Assembly (NCBI GenBank): GCA_020184695.1
Contig: JAANOX010000153.1
Location: 744,001 to 808,000 of the forward strand
DNA: 64,000 nt
Direction of reading: 5' to 3'
Origin: Histomonas meleagridis 2922-C6/04-290x
Lineage: Eukaryota; Protista; Parabasalia
Positions 31,237 through 41,883 of the stretch are shown in pieces. A program made the position numbers and the translations under genes. Below the pieces are notes generated by a model that was not told the DNA's origin, did not search any database, and saw only the letters and a program-made list of their open reading frames with translations. Position 1 is the first letter of the stretch. Each line of letters starts with the position of its first letter.

Positions 31237-34200
31237 ATGGGAGCACAAGACTCCCGCCCAGTTTTTGATCCCCATGAAGAAGATCTCGATGTAAAAGGGC
31301 AAGAAATCGAAACCGTAATTCCCCATCGAATTCGAAATAACAACATCAAAAAAATGCACCTAAATAATAATCAAATTCGAAAACTTCCAAAAAAAGCGCG
31401 AAAAACAAAAGTCCTTGAATTAGCAAACAACAAACTAAGTGAGATTCCTCAGAGTATGATTGACACAATAGTAACATATAAGCATCTTCGAGAACTTGAT
31501 TTCTCATATAATGATCTGAAATTTATTCCACATGAAGCAAATAAACTTACGAAACTTCGACGCTTAACATTGTCAGGTAATAAGTTAACAACACTGAACC
31601 TTACGATGCCCAAATTACAAGATGTAAATTTATCGCAAAATTGTTTTGAAGAAGCTCCAACACTTCCAAAAAGTATTCGGCATCTTAATATAGATTTCAA
31701 TCGAATGAACAGATTTGATGTTAGTTTTGATTCGTTGACAAAGTTATCATTAGTTTTAAATAACATATCAGAAATATCACCAACTATTCAATTACCTAAT
31801 TTAGAGTTTCTTGATCTCTCCAAGAATAAACTTAGTATTTTACCGAACATGTCAACATGCACACCAAAACTTAAAATATTTAATTGCTCTGATAATTTTC
31901 TTATTCAATTTCCCATTTTACCTGAAACGATATGCGAAGTCACTTTTCGTAATAATCAAATTTCAATTGTACCAGAAAACGTCGGTTATTTCGAAGGTTT
32001 ACACTATTTTGAGGTCTGTCACAATTTAATTGAACACTTTCCATCATTACCCAAGTCAATTATATATTTTTCAGCGTACAATAATCGGATTTCTGAAATA
32101 GTTGAATGTGAAACGCCGCATCTTAAGAAATGTCTATTAAATAATAATCTTTTAATTAATATTCCAAATTTTTCTGGTAATGTAATTGAAGAGATTACAT
32201 TTTCTAAGAATAATATTATGTCTATTGATAACCTCTATTTCCCGGAAACTATAACATTCATTGATATCTCATATAATCAAATAAAATCAATTCCAAAACA
32301 TATATTCGAACTTCCAAATTTAAAATGTTTCTCTGCAGCTAAAAACGACATAAGAAAATTACCCGAAACTTTTTCCAATTGTAAACTTGAAGTATTTGAT
32401 ATCTCTAATAACCCGAATATAAATTTCGATATCGAATTACCTAAAACATTAATTCGACTTTATTGTTCATATTGTAATCTCATTCAACTTCCCACAAATG
32501 TTACGGAATGTTTAAGCTTAAATGAAATTGTAATATTTGGTAATGAAATCACTGAAATTCCATTCATTCCAAACCTTACTAAACTTTATGCGTCTGATAA
32601 TAAATTAAAAACATTTCCAAAATTACCAAAAAATATTACAATTATCGATGTATCAATGAATGACATTAATAATATATCAACAAATGATACATTTTCTTAT
32701 CCATCTTTGATTGATCTTGATTTATCATATAATAAATTAAATGATTTTCCATCAAATATAAATTGTCCAAATCTGAAATCACTTAAGTTATCAAATAATA
32801 TAAATCTAAAACATAAAATTACGAAAGAAATGTTTCCGAATCTTCAAATTCTTGATGTTGATGAAACAGGAATTATATATTCAATTGATGATATACCAGA
32901 AGTGAGAGAATTAATGACAAATCAAAACGAATTATTTACAAAGTCAATAGTGAAAGTCATTAATTCCAATTTTGGTGTCGGATTTTCTGAAATGTGTGGA
33001 ATTAGAGATAATATGGAAGATTCTATAGTTGTCCGAAATAATATTAAAGATGACATTTCTACTTATGCAGTGTTTGATGGTCATGGTGGATGTCGAACAT
33101 CATATTTTGCTGCTTTTAGATATGTTAAAATTGTTGCACAATATGGTGCATTTACAAGTAATTTTGTATCTAAATGTATCTCAAGAATTAACGAGTTAAT
33201 CCAAAAGCGTAATTATAAAGATGGATCAACACTTGCACTTGTCTTGAAAAAGAAGAATAAAATTATAACAGCACATTTAGGTGACGCTAGAATATTGATA
33301 ATTAAAGATGATGGTGTCGTTAGATTTCAAACTGTTGATCATAAACCTGAAGTAAGAGCTGAATTCGAAAGAATTCGTGATGCTGGTTCTACTGTTGTTA
33401 GTGGAAGAACCAAAGGAATTTTAGGAGTTTCAAGATCTATAGGTGATTTTGCTGTGGATGGAATTTCATCAGAACCTGTAATTCAAGAAATAGATTTAGA
33501 AGATGATGATAAATGGATATTAATTGCGTGCGATGGAGTATTCGATGTAGTAACAAATGAAATGATAAAAGAAATTGCTGTTGTTTCCGAAAATGCAAAT
33601 AAATTTGCTTTGAATATAAGAAATAATGCATATGCAGCTCATAGTACTGATAATATATCAGTAATAGCTGTAGATGTTAAATATAAAGAAGATATTGAAC
33701 AAAATCAAAGAAAAAATGAAGAACAAATTTGGATGGAATCAAATGAAAGTGAATTTAAGGGAGAATCTGTTTATTTAGAAAATGAATCAATAGAATTTAA
33801 GCAGAAAATTGGTGTTAAAGAAGAAAAATTACGTGATTATGACTCACAAGAAAGTTTTACCTTAAAAGAAATCGAAGATGAAAAGAAACAAAATGAAAAT
33901 GAAAAATTTGATGAAATTGATTTGGGAATAAATCCACAATCATCAGAAGAAAAGAAAGAAGAGAACAAAAATATAAATGAAAATGATTTGGAAGAAAAAA
34001 CTGAAATAGAAAATGATGAAAACATCGAAATAATATGCGAAAATAATGAAATATCTCATTTTGATAATGAAATAAATAATGAAAATAATGAATTAAACAG
34101 TGAACAAAATGAAATTTCTCATTTAGAAAGCGAAACGAGTAATGGAAGTAACGAATTAAATAATGAAAAAAACGAAATAATTAATGAAAACGCTGAAAGC

Positions 34201-34530
34201 CCTTGTACATCAAATGAAGGTAACAATGTAAATAATGAGCAAAATGGAAAAACAGATGAAGAAAGTGTAATTATTAACAAGAATTATATGGATAGCAAAC
34301 CAAATGAAGAAAAAGAAATAAGTAATGAAAGCAATGACACAAATGAAGTCAATGCAGTAACAACTAAAGAACCAAATGAAAAAGTAACAGAAGAAAGTAT
34401 AATCATTAACGAAAACGGAAATTATTCGGATAATGAAACAAATGAAGAAAACGAAGTAAATAATGAAGTTAAAACACTAATAACTAATGAAGCAACTGAT
34501 GGCACTACTGAAGAAGTAAGCAGCTCCTAA
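31237..34530 (+). CDS. Leucine-rich repeat + PP2C phosphatase with acidic tail
   Basis: About 20 LRRs (LxxLDLSxNxL) and PP2C motifs MEDS, FDGHGG, GSTLA, HLGDAR, DHKP, VSRSIGD, ACDGVFD, DNISV. Likely start is MGAQDS at 31237 (myristoylation motif); an upstream ATG exists at 31213. Confidence 0.92.
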   Translation: MGAQDSRPVFDPHEEDLDVKGQEIETVIPHRIRNNNIKKMHLNNNQIRKLPKKARKTKVLELANNKLSEIPQSMIDTIVTYKHLRELDFSYNDLKFIPHEANKLTKLRRLTLSGNKLTTLNLTMPKLQDVNLSQNCFEEAPTLPKSIRHLNIDFNRMNRFDVSFDSLTKLSLVLNNISEISPTIQLPNLEFLDLSKNKLSILPNMSTCTPKLKIFNCSDNFLIQFPILPETICEVTFRNNQISIVPENVGYFEGLHYFEVCHNLIEHFPSLPKSIIYFSAYNNRISEIVECETPHLKKCLLNNNLLINIPNFSGNVIEEITFSKNNIMSIDNLYFPETITFIDISYNQIKSIPKHIFELPNLKCFSAAKNDIRKLPETFSNCKLEVFDISNNPNINFDIELPKTLIRLYCSYCNLIQLPTNVTECLSLNEIVIFGNEITEIPFIPNLTKLYASDNKLKTFPKLPKNITIIDVSMNDINNISTNDTFSYPSLIDLDLSYNKLNDFPSNINCPNLKSLKLSNNINLKHKITKEMFPNLQILDVDETGIIYSIDDIPEVRELMTNQNELFTKSIVKVINSNFGVGFSEMCGIRDNMEDSIVVRNNIKDDISTYAVFDGHGGCRTSYFAAFRYVKIVAQYGAFTSNFVSKCISRINELIQKRNYKDGSTLALVLKKKNKIITAHLGDARILIIKDDGVVRFQTVDHKPEVRAEFERIRDAGSTVVSGRTKGILGVSRSIGDFAVDGISSEPVIQEIDLEDDDKWILIACDGVFDVVTNEMIKEIAVVSENANKFALNIRNNAYAAHSTDNISVIAVDVKYKEDIEQNQRKNEEQIWMESNESEFKGESVYLENESIEFKQKIGVKEEKLRDYDSQESFTLKEIEDEKKQNENEKFDEIDLGINPQSSEEKKEENKNINENDLEEKTEIENDENIEIICENNEISHFDNEINNENNELNSEQNEISHLESETSNGSNELNNEKNEIINENAESPCTSNEGNNVNNEQNGKTDEESVIINKNYMDSKPNEEKEISNESNDTNEVNAVTTKEPNEKVTEESIIINENGNYSDNETNEENEVNNEVKTLITNEATDGTTEEVSSS

Positions 34531-34729
34531 CACAGCACATTAAGCGAAGAAAACTGAAATCCAACGCGAACACATTTACAGATGACCGATTTTGAATTTA
34601 ATCATTAACAGAAAAAATATATCTATAAATTTTATTGTTTATCTTTTATTTCACATCATTTATTAATATATTATTAGTTGTCTAAAGACTTTTTTACATA
34701 CAATGTTTTATCTTCAGACATTTAAACAT

Positions 34730-36247
34730 TTACTCAATTTGTTTCATTCCGATTTTGTTTTGCTTTGAGTCTTTGCACTTTTTGATGCTCCACTCAAAGA
34801 AGAGTGAAATTCCCCTCAGCACAAAGAATGCCACAATTGCCGAAAATGAATAGACAATATCTGTCCAATTGGATATCGCAAGTAAGAAAACAGAAACTCC
34901 TACAAGTGGAATGCATACTCCTAAAAGAGAAAATATTCCACCAGGAATTATAAATTTATCATGATTTTTAGATTCAGAAAATTCGGATGTTAAATATTGA
35001 CTAGATGAATAATTTGGCTGTTGGCTTAATAATTCATCTGTCATTGAAGGTTGATTTTGTGATTCTAATATTTGTAAATTCTTTTTAGCACAATTAATCT
35101 TAGGGTACCTTGCAAAGATTAATACAACTACTTGTATCAATTGCGCAAGTACTGTTGTAATTCCGGTTAATTGAAGTAATGATGAAAAATCAATTAAACT
35201 AAGTGGTATAGTTAAAACAGACATAACTATAATGCCTATCATTGGTGTTGGTTCCTTCTTACAGTTATTAGTAAGACGTCCTAGATAAGACGAAAAGGGA
35301 AATGCGCCAATTCGGCCTGAGGCGTAAAGTTCTCGACCAGTGCACGATAGGGCCACGTTAAGGAGTGAAAGTGACGAACAAACGCCCGCAAACGATATCC
35401 ACTTTTCTAACCAACCGCTCGAACAGTGCGGAAGTTTTAGAGAAATGGAAGCAAACGTGGTATCACCCCATTTTTGAGGATCTGGTTCAGTACATATGCC
35501 TGCAATGGTTGGAAGAAGGTATACAAGAATTACAAGAAATACTGTGATAAGCATGGAAATGGGAAATGTAACTCGTGGGTTACGAACTTCTTTGGAAAGT
35601 GCTGCAACTGTGTCAAACCCTGAACATTGCCATATGATGGTGGATATTAATTGGGCAATGTTCGGCTTTCCACTTTCGGGTGGATAATCAGCAAAAACAG
35701 CGCTAGGAGTCATCTTGTTGGTAGCGAAAATGAAAAAGAGAACGAATGGTGAAATAATGAGAATAAATAATACGATTGATACCCATCCAACAGTATCAAG
35801 ACCAGTATAGTTACAAACAAGCGAAAATATGTTTGACAACAAAACTGTTAGAATGCGCCACTGAATTTTGTCTAATTGAGGAATGAGTTCTTTAAGGTAA
35901 TTACAAACCATTGAAGGATAAAGCGCATTATCAACAACACTTCTGACAAATCTTGTGTAGGAATTAAACCAGGATGGATATTTGCCTAAAATAGTACCCC
36001 ATTCAATTGCACCCCCACATGCTGGCATTCTTGTAGCTTGTTCACTTGAAAGTAATGATAAAGGAAATGAGTAAAGTAATGGTATGCATATTGTTGCAAT
36101 AAAAGTTAACTTGGCTCCACCAGCTTGAATAGCTTCTTCTTGTCCAAAAGGTCCGCCAGATACAAGGAGGAAAGCAATTGCAACAAGCTGAGGAATTGAA
36201 ACTGTTTTACGAAGTTCTTCATTCTTTGGAATGCGTTCTGGTTCCAT
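34730..36247 (-). CDS. APC-family amino acid/polyamine permease
   Basis: About 12 hydrophobic segments; VSGGPFGQEE, MPACGG, WQCSGFD, EVRNPRVTFP. Confidence 0.88.
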   Translation of the reverse strand: MEPERIPKNEELRKTVSIPQLVAIAFLLVSGGPFGQEEAIQAGGAKLTFIATICIPLLYSFPLSLLSSEQATRMPACGGAIEWGTILGKYPSWFNSYTRFVRSVVDNALYPSMVCNYLKELIPQLDKIQWRILTVLLSNIFSLVCNYTGLDTVGWVSIVLFILIISPFVLFFIFATNKMTPSAVFADYPPESGKPNIAQLISTIIWQCSGFDTVAALSKEVRNPRVTFPISMLITVFLVILVYLLPTIAGICTEPDPQKWGDTTFASISLKLPHCSSGWLEKWISFAGVCSSLSLLNVALSCTGRELYASGRIGAFPFSSYLGRLTNNCKKEPTPMIGIIVMSVLTIPLSLIDFSSLLQLTGITTVLAQLIQVVVLIFARYPKINCAKKNLQILESQNQPSMTDELLSQQPNYSSSQYLTSEFSESKNHDKFIIPGGIFSLLGVCIPLVGVSVFLLAISNWTDIVYSFSAIVAFFVLRGISLFFEWSIKKCKDSKQNKIGMKQIE

Positions 36248-36926
36248 TTTGTTTTGGTCGAAGAAGCAACGATAGAGAACGGTTTGAAGATTTCACTTTT
36301 TAGGTATGGCGGTTCAAAAATGGAGAAACAAAAAATGTCATTTGATCGGTCAATTATTGTGTTAAATCATAACTTTTTCATATCAACGGTGGTTACTTCC
36401 TAAGAAAAATCGTATGAAATAAACGATTACACTTTTTGTATGTAATTCTATTAAAACCGATCGAAGTGCTGCTAATTCTGAGCACACCAGTCACAATCAA
36501 GTTATGGCTTAAGTTAATTCAATTTGTTAAATTAATTTATTGTTATATTCAAAATAACACTTAGATATGTTCGTTTATCAAATGGTCAAATTTCTTATTG
36601 ATCAAGAGACAATTTATATTGGTATGAATGATAAGAATATTGATTCGTTTTAATTTGAACAATGAAATTGTATGAGAATGATAAAGTTTCAATTATGTTA
36701 ATTAAAGTATAGTAGAAAATATGAAAATTTTCATATAAATTTATGCTATATGGAAACTCACAACGATATTATCTAATATTATGAACCTATTATAATAATA
36801 TCCTTTTTAAATCCTTTCTCATAAAAAAGCAACTAAATATATCATAACTTGGAAAAATTTGTCTAAAAATGGATTTATTTATATATTATATAATGGTTTT
36901 TAGAAAAAACATGTTACTTAAGGAAT

Positions 36927-38093
36927 ATGGGAAACTCAATATCTGGATTAAGAAGAAAATATATACTTGAAAATAATGAGAATTTCATAAAGATGAATGA
37001 TGATGATATGTATAAATTTAACTTTTACGAAGAATCTGATTCTGATGATTATATGGAATTTTCCAAATCAAATGATGTAAGAGTTCCTTTTTCTGGAATA
37101 TGGTCTATAATTCGAATAAGTGGGAAAGTTCCTGAGCATAGAGTTGGACACTTTACAGTTTATTCAAAAGAATTGCATTTATGTTTTATAGGATATGGGA
37201 AAATCAAAAAAAATATTTGTACAAATGATGTATGGTGTTTGAATGTTGATACATTAAAATGGGAGAAATTAAAATTATATGGAGCTGAAATAACGCCTAG
37301 AAAGTTTTCCATTGCAACACTTATGGATAAATATCTTGTTGTTTATGGTGGAAAAGATGAAAATGATAATTATCATTCTGATCTTCACACAATAGATATA
37401 ACAACTGGTGAAGTTATCATGATTAATACGTATGGAACAAAACCTCCTCCTTGTCAATCAGGGTGTATTGCAATCTATGATAGAAAATTATACATCTATG
37501 CTGGGGATAGTGGGAAAGAATATAATGGTTCCTATTTATACTCTATGGATTTCGATACACTTAAATGGACAGCAATTCCTTCAAATATTGTTTATAATTT
37601 AGGCTGCTCATCTGTTATTTTAGGAAGTAGAATTATATTATATGGTGGATCTCAAAGTACAAATCTTACCATTATTAACATAAAAAGAGGTGGTTTTAAA
37701 ACAATCCCTACATACTCAAATTGCCCATATAACATTTTTAATGCTGGATTTATAAAAGCAGGTGGATATTTATTTTATATTGGTGGGTTAACACAAGATT
37801 ATTGGACGCTAATATATGGGTGCTCTATAAAAACTAAAAAGTGGTTTATTTTTTATGTTGTTCCTGATGGAGAATCAACTTCAATAAGCGATGGACTCGT
37901 TTCTGAAGATGGGATATTTTATCTTCCTCAAATACATTCTTTTTCATGTATTTATTTGGAGCATAAAAGGGAAATTTATGGTTTCCTTGGAATCCCACTT
38001 CAATCAAGACGTATTTCAGTAATTTCAATGAATGATGCATTTTGCTCTTTAAATCTAACTGATGATTTAATTTCAATGCTCGCATTACAATAA
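36927..38093 (+). CDS. Kelch-repeat protein
   Basis: GG-containing Kelch blades (VVYGGKD, ILYGGSQ, YIGGLT); MGNSIS N-terminus. Confidence 0.82.
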   Translation: MGNSISGLRRKYILENNENFIKMNDDDMYKFNFYEESDSDDYMEFSKSNDVRVPFSGIWSIIRISGKVPEHRVGHFTVYSKELHLCFIGYGKIKKNICTNDVWCLNVDTLKWEKLKLYGAEITPRKFSIATLMDKYLVVYGGKDENDNYHSDLHTIDITTGEVIMINTYGTKPPPCQSGCIAIYDRKLYIYAGDSGKEYNGSYLYSMDFDTLKWTAIPSNIVYNLGCSSVILGSRIILYGGSQSTNLTIINIKRGGFKTIPTYSNCPYNIFNAGFIKAGGYLFYIGGLTQDYWTLIYGCSIKTKKWFIFYVVPDGESTSISDGLVSEDGIFYLPQIHSFSCIYLEHKREIYGFLGIPLQSRRISVISMNDAFCSLNLTDDLISMLALQ

Positions 38094-38392
38094 TTGCATA
38101 TTAAAAATGCTCCAATAAAATTTTACAAAATTCATCTTTTGTTTTTTATGTTGATAAAAGAAATTAAAAATTTTAAAGCAAATTATAACGAGAAAATGCC
38201 CTCTTATTAATTAAGATCTAATTAAAAACAATGATATCATTTGCCAATATGTGAATTTACAACAAATGAAGACACATTAATTTATTTGTGAACATAAAAA
38301 AACATGAAAAAAATAAATTGTTATATACGGAATAAAGTAATCCAAGAAAACACATTAAATAAAATTTTATAAAAATTAGTGATATAATTACA

Positions 38393-39042
38393 TTATTTTA
38401 GTTTGGAAATGATTGGCAACAAAGGTTCATATTGATCTTCTGGAATGAGATTAAATTCTTGCGCAAAGAAAACAAAATGTCTGAAAGATGTATTTAAGTG
38501 GGATTCAATTCCTACTGTTGACATGTCCTGGCGGTGATGATAATATAAATGCGCATATATTCGGAAGATTCGCTTGAAGATATTGGAAACAATTTGCCTG
38601 AAATTAGGAGGAAATGGCACGTCTGGATTGCTTGGAAAGACCTTTTCATCATCAAGAAATGATTCTACCCATAAAAGTACGTTTTTAATGTACTCTTTTG
38701 CAGGAAGAGATTCTGTTTTCTTCTTTTTATCATCTTTCCAATAGTACTTAAATCCTTGGCCAGCTGTCATTTCTGGGCATGTACAATAATTCATCACAGA
38801 AGAAAAAAGGCAATTAATTTGATTGAAAAATTCGACAACATGGAGAGACATCCAATCATCAATGTTTCCACCTGGTGGAAGCTTGACTGCTTGGCGAAGG
38901 TCACCTGCTCCTAATGTTGATCTTTGGTTCACATCATTAAGTTGAGCCTGACGTTGTTCAGAAGACAAACTTCTATTTGGTCTAAAAGATCCTTTATCAG
39001 ATTTCCTATTGTTAGAAAACAAAAATACAGCCAAGAAAACAT
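38393..39042 (-). CDS. MOB1: MOB1 kinase activator, two exons (39029-39042; 38393-39005)
   Basis: AVKLPPGG..DDWMSLHVVEFFNQIN, CPEMTAG..F.Y.W, FPPNF..IVSNIFKRIFRIYAHLYYHH, HLNTSFRHF. Splicing gives MFSWLKSDKGSFRP. Confidence 0.95.
39006..39028 (-). other. 23-nt canonical spliceosomal intron
   Basis: GTATTTTTGTTTTCTAACAATAG has a GT donor, CTAAC branch point and TAG acceptor. Removal places the only nearby ATG in frame. Confidence 0.88.
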
Positions 39043-39146
39043 TAACTCTTTAGAGAAAAATCTGTTTGTGTCAGTTTTCTTTACAACTAAGAAAAGTGCA
39101 ATTTTGGAGTACCCCAATACGTTTAAATCAGAAAGAAATAAAACAG

Positions 39147-40529
39147 ATGAATATTTATAGGGTCGAGTTTCCAGGGTACATAAAAAATGTAGAAAGAGCA
39201 GTACATATACTTGGTGGAAGCAAAGAAATATACAATCAGTTGAGCAATGATACACCAAAATTAAAATTTTCATTTAGACCCAATGATGAAATGTCTCATA
39301 AAATCGAATCAGAGCAACTTGTTGATCCATGCATTCTTATACGTATTAATGCAGTACGTAGATTCGTCATTAGGAATGGGGAAAAAATTCTAATAGATAC
39401 TGAGCTCATCCCAGAATATCTCGGAAAATCAATTCAAACAAACAAGTTTACCTCGCCAAGTGATTTTCAATTTCTTCCTCCACTTGCATCCACACTTAAT
39501 GAACCCACAGTTGAATGTCCTCCACCACAATCATTTCTATATCTTCCACCACCTATTTTTGTACACAATTATCATTACACTGCCCAATATATTCAGCGAC
39601 GTCTTTTTAACTCCAAACAACGTGAGACCTCCAAAATGTGGCGAGGCGATTGTACCTGGATTGTTAATCAGAACGATCTTCATGCTATGATCAATGGCCC
39701 TCCACCACCCAATCCATTACCAGAATACATTCCAGAGTTTGTTGAAATCTTCAAAGAATTATTTGATATACGACCAATTTGGACAATTAATTCCTTATTT
39801 GATCAACTTAATCAAAACCATGAAACGCGTGGGAACATATTAGAATTCAATGAGCAGAACCCACAAATCTTCCACAGCCTTGCAGTCATTGCATATCACA
39901 TCAAAGACGGCCCCTTTCAAATGTGTTGGGTGCGATATGGCATCAATCCCTTAATGACCAACAGCTATTGTATGTTACAATCCATCATTTTATCCTTACG
40001 AAATTGGGACTATGCGCAAGAATTAATCAAAAGAACAAATCGCGGAAACAAATATGTCTCAAAGAAGATCAAAAACCTTCCATTAAATGCATCTAAAGCT
40101 AATGCACTTCCCGATCGACTATTCTATGCTTATCAACTTTGCGATTTAAATGAGCCTTTAATAACTGAAGAACTCGCGCATCAATCTGATAGCTTCTCGT
40201 TTTCTTTCGGCTGGTTTAAGCAACAATCGATTGAAAACATTCGGAAATTTATCACTTTAAAGTTACAAAGAATAATGCTCGATAAGAAAGCAATATCGCC
40301 AACAATTATAATGAGTGATATTACTTCGTGGGATATGGTGCAAAAAGAATTGGATAATAATAAGCCGAAAATAGCTCAGGAAGAAGACTTCGATTTCGAA
40401 TTGTTAAATCAAGCGCAGTCGATATTGGAGATATTCGACGTAAATGGAAAGGAAACTATCGACGATTATATAGAGCTGATGACTGTGAAAACTTGTAATA
40501 TATCACTTGAAAGAATATTTTCTTATTAA
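39147..40529 (+). CDS. TFIIIC subunit Tau95 (Tfc1/GTF3C5)-like
   Basis: RVEFPGYIKNVERAVHILGG...LKFSFRPND...H N-terminal motif; RPIWT and YHIKDGPFQMCWVRYGINP central domain. First ATG is at 39147. Confidence 0.78.
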   Translation: MNIYRVEFPGYIKNVERAVHILGGSKEIYNQLSNDTPKLKFSFRPNDEMSHKIESEQLVDPCILIRINAVRRFVIRNGEKILIDTELIPEYLGKSIQTNKFTSPSDFQFLPPLASTLNEPTVECPPPQSFLYLPPPIFVHNYHYTAQYIQRRLFNSKQRETSKMWRGDCTWIVNQNDLHAMINGPPPPNPLPEYIPEFVEIFKELFDIRPIWTINSLFDQLNQNHETRGNILEFNEQNPQIFHSLAVIAYHIKDGPFQMCWVRYGINPLMTNSYCMLQSIILSLRNWDYAQELIKRTNRGNKYVSKKIKNLPLNASKANALPDRLFYAYQLCDLNEPLITEELAHQSDSFSFSFGWFKQQSIENIRKFITLKLQRIMLDKKAISPTIIMSDITSWDMVQKELDNNKPKIAQEEDFDFELLNQAQSILEIFDVNGKETIDDYIELMTVKTCNISLERIFSY

Positions 40530-41883
40530 AATGATATTTTGTTTAAATAAATTTTTTCTTTTCACTAAAAAAAATAATTTTTAGTTTCATAATATAAATT
40601 ATGAAACATATTGCTGTTAGATAGAAATAAAAATTATTAAAATTCTTTGGAATAAAACATTCATTCAAATCTTTGGTCTATATCGATAAAGTGCTAAAAA
40701 TGAATTAGCTGAAGCTAAATTACTTCATAAACATAAGGGAATTGATATTAATCTTAAATTTACTTATTTGTTTTATTTAGAAAGAGATAATGAAAAAAAT
40801 TTATACTTTGGCAAATCAAATCATATCTATATATAGAAATAATAAGATATCCCTTAAATTCAATATTTCTTATAATAAGATTCTTATTAGTTATTATGTC
40901 ATAGAAACTCAAATCATCGGAAAAAATGAATAAAAAATTTTTCGTAGTGGAGGCAAGTTAGAGTAACTAATGCATTTTATAAAAAAAATTTATATATATA
41001 ATTTATTTGATTTCTATTTTTAGTTTTCAAATGTATTGTTTTGTGATTTTGAATATTTGGGTTTGAAATCGGATACTGAAGAAAAACAATCAGGTCTGTT
41101 AACTGTTAATACATATCATATCATTTCTATCGATACTTTTATTTAAAAATAATTAAGTTATTTTGATTTTTTACTTATGAACTATCTAATACTAATGAAA
41201 AATCAAACTTTGATTAAATATGAAAAATATTAAATATGAATGAATATTCATTTTTAAATTCTGATTCATTTTATGATATGAAAATACTCATAGAAATTGA
41301 AATGATTCAGTTCTGAATCACCAAAAATATTTTGAATCCATTTTAATTTTTTTTCATATCTTATATAATAAAATGATTTACTGATTTAAAAAAATTCAAA
41401 TTGCAAATGCTCAATAAATATAATTATATTTAGATATGAACAAAACGATCTTCTTTGAAATCTTCAACAAATGGATCCATTTTCTAATGAGAATGATAAT
41501 TGATATATTTTTTTTTGAAACTGAGTTTAAATTAGACTGCTACTCCTTGAAAGTATTCTGGTGAATGTTCCTTAATTATGAAAATCAATTTTAGCTATAA
41601 ATCAATTTTATCACTTTAACATTTGAATTTAAATAAAATTATAATATTTTTGGTTCATAATGATTTTTCAAACGAAGGAATTGAACCTGTAACATCTAAA
41701 TATGAATTTAGGATAATTGGAGTTCCAATAATGTAGTTTTGGCAAATTCATTAACAATGCGAAGCAAATGAAATATCAAAAAAATCAATCAGGGATTTTG
41801 GTCCACCCCGTTCTCGTAATTCAGAAAAATTCATTAGAACTGGAGAACGTTAAAAATATGTAAACTATTTATTAAATTATAAT

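Noticed and set aside
41400-41780. Minus-strand MDPFVEDFKED resembling a surface-protein cytosolic tail
   Set aside because: Only a short fragment among stops; at most a decayed pseudogene.
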